From positions 1 through 64,000 of IMG/VR virus record IMGVR_UViG_3300010259_000001: a stretch of DNA of 64,000 nt; one strand, given 5' to 3'. Below the pieces are notes generated by a model. That model did no database searches. It saw only the letters and a program-made list of their open reading frames with translations, and was not told the DNA's origin. Below, one piece after another: positions 20,801 through 26,800 of the stretch. The stretch is from a virus. Made by a program: the position numbers and the translations under genes. Numbering within the stretch: the first letter of the stretch is position 1; every line of letters begins with the position of its first letter.

Positions 20801-23800
20801 TTCTCGCTCACTTCTTGCAGACGGGAGTTTACTTTTGACTTCGCTTGCAATAGTTGCTGCTTCGCTTGCAAGAGCCTCTGTATTTGCTGCGACTTCTTGC
20901 TCTGTTTCTTTTCTTTGCTCATTGCGTTCTTGTTTTAGTTTGTCGGTTGCCTCCTTTGCCTCACGCTCGGCTGCTTGTTCGCGCACGATTTGTTCAGCGG
21001 TGGCAACAATATCCTTTGCACCCTCTTTGTCGAAGTTCATCACGTCAAAGCTGCGGACTTCATCCCAAGGGGTCATGTCTTTCTCTATGTCTGCCATTTC
21101 GGGCAGGTCGCGTGCGCCGTTGTAAAGTGTCTTGACGTATGGGCGTATGCCCTCACCGAGTGCTTCGATGAGGTTCTTGGCAAACTCTCCGAACTTGCGT
21201 GCGCCGTGCTTCAGCATGAGGTAACTCATTTCTACACCGATGGCAAACGCTTCGGGGTCAAGACCCATGTTCAACTGACCACCAAGTTTCATGCGCAAAC
21301 GCCTACGAAGTTCCTCAAAGCGTTCTGCATCTGCATCGTCAACCCACTTGCTCTTGGCTTTCTTCTCCTCCTGCTTGGGCTGCTCCTGTTCCGATGAAGC
21401 CGTATTTTGTTCCGAAACGTCCTCTTTTTGTTCTGATTGTGGCGTTTCCTGTTCCATTGGCATAGCGTCCTGCACCTCGTCGGCATTGGCTTTTGTGCCG
21501 TCGGTGAATGTATATTCCACCGTTCCGTCCTTATGGTGCGCCACAAAGATGTCCTTGTTGGCATTGTGCTTCACGGAGAAAACGCGGTCGCCACCGTGAT
21601 ACTCCTTGACAGGCTTCGGTAGTTCTACATTCTCCCAATCCGTAACCTCATACAGGACTGATGCCAAGCCAACATCAAGCGTTACTTGTCTTGCATCTGC
21701 ATCATGGATGGTTGCTTCCTTGCCTTTATACATAATCTTGTCACCCAATTTCACGCCATGAGCGGCAAGAGCATCGTCGCGCTCGGTCTCTGCCATCTTC
21801 TTGCGGATGTCGGAAAGGAACTGCTCGTAGGCACGCCGCTTGCCGTTGAGGTTGGCAAGTGCGTCAAAAGCCTGTGGAATGGTCTCACCTGCTGCGGTAG
21901 CCATGCCGTCCTCAATGGTCTTGGCACGCTTGCGCAGGTCGCGGATAACATTTTCAATACTCTTGATATTGGGGATTGCTCCACGCTTACGGTCATTGAG
22001 TACGTTGCGAAGTCCTGTCAGTGTCTTGTCATAGACATCATCCTCGCGGTCATAGTCATACTGTGGAGTGGTCTGTGGCTCTTGCTCTACCTTGATGGTT
22101 TCACTGGCGGCTTTCATATCTGCCTGGTCGGTGACTGTTGCCACGTCTTCTACAGACAAAGGCTGTGCATCCTGCATGGCTTCCTCATTGCTCAAAGCCT
22201 CTGCAAGTGCTTTCGCGCTGTCCTCGTCACGCATCATAAAACCGCTTTTCTCTCTATCCCACCAACCACGGCTTTCCTTTGCGAGTTCCTTGCCGGCACG
22301 AATTTCATCTTTCGACAACTCTCTGCCGAAAGTAACAAGGTGCATCGGTGTGGTCTTACCTTTCTTGTTGGTGTAGGTGGTCGGCTCGATGGAGTAACCT
22401 GCGGTCTGCTGCTCACCAAGTTGGGTGTCGCCAAGAGGCTTCACGCTGCTGTACTCCGCAAACGGCTTCGTCTTGCGGTGGCTGCTGTCAATCCACTTCT
22501 TGAACTCCTCTTTGCTGACAGGAGTAATGGCACCAAGTCCCTGCCAACCATCTTCATAGTTGGAGAGGTATGCCTTTCGTGCGCTCTCGATGTCGGGGAA
22601 ACCATACATCACCTTGTGTTCGTCAAAACTGCCGTCCTTGTTCACTTGGTCAACGACAAACACATCACCCTGCGAGGGGTCTTCGGAGAAGAACACGTCG
22701 ATGTGGTCGCCGTCAACGCCCTCTGTGCCGCGAATGTAGCCGTAGGTGTTCTGCATTTCCTGCTCCCACTGCTTGCCACTGGCATCAGTACCACGACGAA
22801 CAGAACCTTTCGGGTTCTCGATGGTAACGTCGTAGCCATCAATCTTGACATGTCCTTTCTTGTAGTTACCAGCCTCTTTCTGTGCTTCGGTAGGCTCGGT
22901 ATTGGTTTCCTGCTCGGCTGCTGCCAATGCTGTTTGCACGGCATTAGGCTCTGCTTCTACTGGTTCGGTAGCCTCAACAGGTTCTGCCTCTACTGGTGCA
23001 GGTTCGGCACTGGGTTCTGCTGTTGCTTCGCCATCTGTGCTGACTGCTGGAGGAGTGCCATCTTGTTGAACGCTCTCTGCTTTTCTGCGCTCCACGGCTT
23101 CTTCCCGGGCTGCTTCGATTTCTTTTCGTTTGCCATAATTCTCGTTGATAAATGTGATTACGTCTCGCAAGATGTCCTCGCGGCTCTGAATGCCACCTGC
23201 AAACAGGTCAGTCTGTCCAGATGCGCTTTGTCTCGCGTTGTTATTGTATAATTGGAGTGTGGTCTTCAGCAAGGTAACGCGCTTGTCATTCAGCACGTCA
23301 GCAAGCATCAGCATGGTTGCATTATTGAAGTCTGCTACGGTCTGCAACTCGTCGGGGTCAGCGAACAACACACCTTGACGTGCGTATGTGCTGACTATCT
23401 CGCCGTACTTGGCACCGCCTTGTCGTGCATCAAAGCACAACTTCACGGCATCTGCCAACTCTCCCTGCAAAGACCAGTCGCCACCAAGGGCAATGTTATC
23501 GACAATCTCACCAAGTGCGGTGATAACGGTCTGACGCATGGCTGGCTCTGCCGTGAGCATACGCACTACTTCGGGGTCGCTCTCAAAGGCTTTGCCGATG
23601 AGCATATTTTCCAAAAACTCACGACCGACGGCACTCAGTTTCTCCTGTCCGCGAATACCGTCAACCATTTCTGCCAACTGTGCCTGTGGAACAACACCGG
23701 CATTGTGCAGGTCATAGACTGCGCCAAGGCTCGCTTCTGCATCGTTGTAGAAGTCGCCCAGCGTGTCATAGCCGTTGATGGTTCTGACAATACCCTTGAA

Positions 23801-26800
23801 ACTATCGTCGCTCACGGTCTTGCCAAGTTTCACGGCTTGCTCGGTCTTGTTCTGCGACTTCATTTCCTGCTGGTTGAACTTCGCAAATGTCTCTGCCGTG
23901 TATGGCATTGCCTCATCGGGAACGAATGACACACGCGGATGCTGCATCGCTCCCACCTGTTCAGCAGTGAAGCCAAACTTGGGCGCGTACTCTTTCAGAT
24001 AGTTCACGTATGCGCCATCGGTATTGTCACGCGCTGCCAGTTCACCGGCCATGGTACGACCGTTGCCCGATAACACAACACCATCGTTGCTGACAACTGG
24101 AACACTCTGCAAGGCTCGCTGGTCATATTGACGCGCAATGCTCTGTGTATGCTCCTGCGCGTCGTGGTCTCGCTCATAGTCGCGGTCGTTCACGCTGTTG
24201 TCGTTGGCATCCATCGGGAAACCGTCAGTCTTCTGCCATGTTTCGGGATTGTGGCTTGGGGATGATGCACCACTCTCATGCAGGAGGTAATGACCTTTCA
24301 GCGGTGTTCCGTCGGGTAGCATGATTTCGTCGCGGTGTCCGTCAACCTTTGTGGCATTGTTCCACTTCTCGGTAATGGCTGGCATCGGGTTCTCGTTGCC
24401 AACTGCCTTACGCTCTGCCTCGGCTTGCTTGCGTGCCTCATATTCGGCTTGTGCCTCTGCAACGGCTTCATCATGACGCACGGCATCCTCTGCCGCTCTG
24501 CGCTCGTTCTCCTCACGCTGTATATCGTTCTGAATGTTGCGCACTTGCTGCCAGTAGTCCAATACGCGCTGCGCCTCGTCAATCTTCTCTTGACGTTTCG
24601 CCTTTGCCTCGTTGTACTTCTTGATGCTGGTACCAACTCTTGGCATCTGTGCCGACTTCGCCTTGACAAGTGCGCTCTGCGCTGCCTGTGTCTGCGCTGC
24701 AATAAATTCGTTACCCTCACTGCGTGATAGTCCTGCCTCGTTGAAAATGTAGGCATGGGCGCGTTCGGGTGTGGTGGCTTGCCAGTCTTCTTCACCATCC
24801 TCACCAACAGGCATAGGCTCTGCCGTTGGCTGCTCAGTTGGTTGTGCAGGTGCTTCGGCTGGTTGTGTCGGTTGAGGCTCTACCGTCTGCACTGGCTCCT
24901 GTACTTGCTGTGGTGCGACTTCGGCTTGCAGCTCAACAGGTGGGGGAGTAGTCTCTACCGTTGCAGGTGTTTCAGCGGAGGCTTCTTGTACTGGTGCTGC
25001 TTCGGGCTGCTGTGGTGCAACATGGCTCACAACTTTATCAACGAGTTTGTCTTCATGGTCGTGCTTTACCTCGCCGTCCATGAAATACTCGATGATGTTT
25101 CCGTTTGCGTCGGGAACAAAACTGCCGTTCTCATAGCGCACACGTCCCATCACCATTGCAGGTTTCTCGCTGCCGTCCTCGTCGCGGATAGTCAACTCCA
25201 TGTCGGCTGTATAGTCGGCTGGAGCACCTGCCACACGTCCGTCTGCCTGTGGCTGTGCTGGTGTTGAGGCTTTGGGCTGCTGTGCTGCTGGTTCTTCGGT
25301 GATACCATGACGCTGACGATAGTCTGCAGATGCTTTCTCGTCTCTGATGCGCTGTAACTCTGAACGCTGGACGGTTGCTTGTGTGCCGTCGCCAAGTGCT
25401 ACGGTGATGTTCTCACCGTCTGCATCGGTAGCGACAACAACGGCTTCCTCACCAGTAGGCAATACCAACTGCTGACCAGGTACAAAGCGAACAGTGCCTT
25501 GCGCCTCGTCAATCTGTGCTTGAACGTACTCCTGTCTGCTACGCTCGATGTCGGCTTCACGCTGTTCTGCGGTTGTCACCTCACCAAGAGAAGATATGCC
25601 GGTATCAGCGGACGGGTCTATCTGCTTGCGCTCACCAGTGGCAGGGTTATATACTACGACAATGTTGTCACTCGATGCCTTGTCAACCATTGAGCCGTCG
25701 GGCATCATCTGCACATTGCCGTCAACGATATACACTTGTTGGTCGTTACCCTCGCTGTCTTTCTCTTTGAGAATGGCAGGGCGCAAAGAGCCGTCAGTGT
25801 GCTGCATCTGCTTGGTCTGCTCTCGCTGCTGGGCTACCATGTAGGCTGCATCCTCGTTGATGCGCTGCACTACACCGTTCCATGCTTCCTGTGCTTCCGC
25901 ATTGTTTGGGTCGGCAAGTTCTATGGCGATGTCCTGACGCTCCTGCGCGTCGGCTTCGTGTCCTCTGTTGAAAGCTGCGCTAACAGGGTCGCCCTGCTCA
26001 CCATCGTCAATACCGAGTAATGCGGCTATCTGACTGTTACTTGTTGGTGCATCGGGGTCAACAGGTGCTTCGCCACGTTCTGCGGCTTCCTCCTGCTTGC
26101 GCTTCACGTCGGCAAACAGGCGGTTGGCATATTCGTCAACGGCTTTCTGCTCCTGCTCGCTTCGGCGGTTGCGCTCCTTGCGGATAGCCTTGTCAACATC
26201 AATACCAAATTCATCATTGATGGCTGCGCGTACTTCTGATGAACCGTATTTGTCGCCAAGACCGTTGTAGGCATTAAGGATTTTCTCTGCCCACTCTAAT
26301 TCAACTTCGTTCATTGCTTCGGTCTTGCGCTTCATGAGGTCGAACAAAAGGTTGGCAGGTGCGCCTGTTTCCTCTGCAACACTCTCGCAAGCCTCATACA
26401 TGCGCTTGTTGTCGCCTTGCCAGTCATAATAACGCTCACCCACGTCAAAGCCGTTCAACTCTGCTTGCCTGTTGATGCGGTTTGCTTCAACGTCTGCACG
26501 TTTCTTGTCACCAAACGAGCGACTGGTAATCACACCATTTGCACCAAAGGACTGCACGGTGTAACCTGTCACGTTGCCGTCTGCGTCCTTGTCTTCAAGG
26601 ATGCTTGAACCCATGACGGTTGACATTGGCAGACCATGCCCTGTGAGGTAGTAATACATCTTGGCACGCGCCGCCTCGCTGACGCTGTTGTCTGTCATCA
26701 ACTCGACAAAGCGGTTATATGGTAGTTCAGCCTGTCCGTCGCCTCCCTCAATCATTCTGCTTGCATCGGTGGTGGTAGGACGAGCCTTGTCATATTCTTC

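Noticed and set aside
22950-25030. Nucleotide-level tandem repeats in the giant gene (EP-V/A-EA and PQ/PE-rich tracts)
   Set aside because: They are explained as in-frame low-complexity inter-domain linkers of the giant protein, not independent repeat elements.
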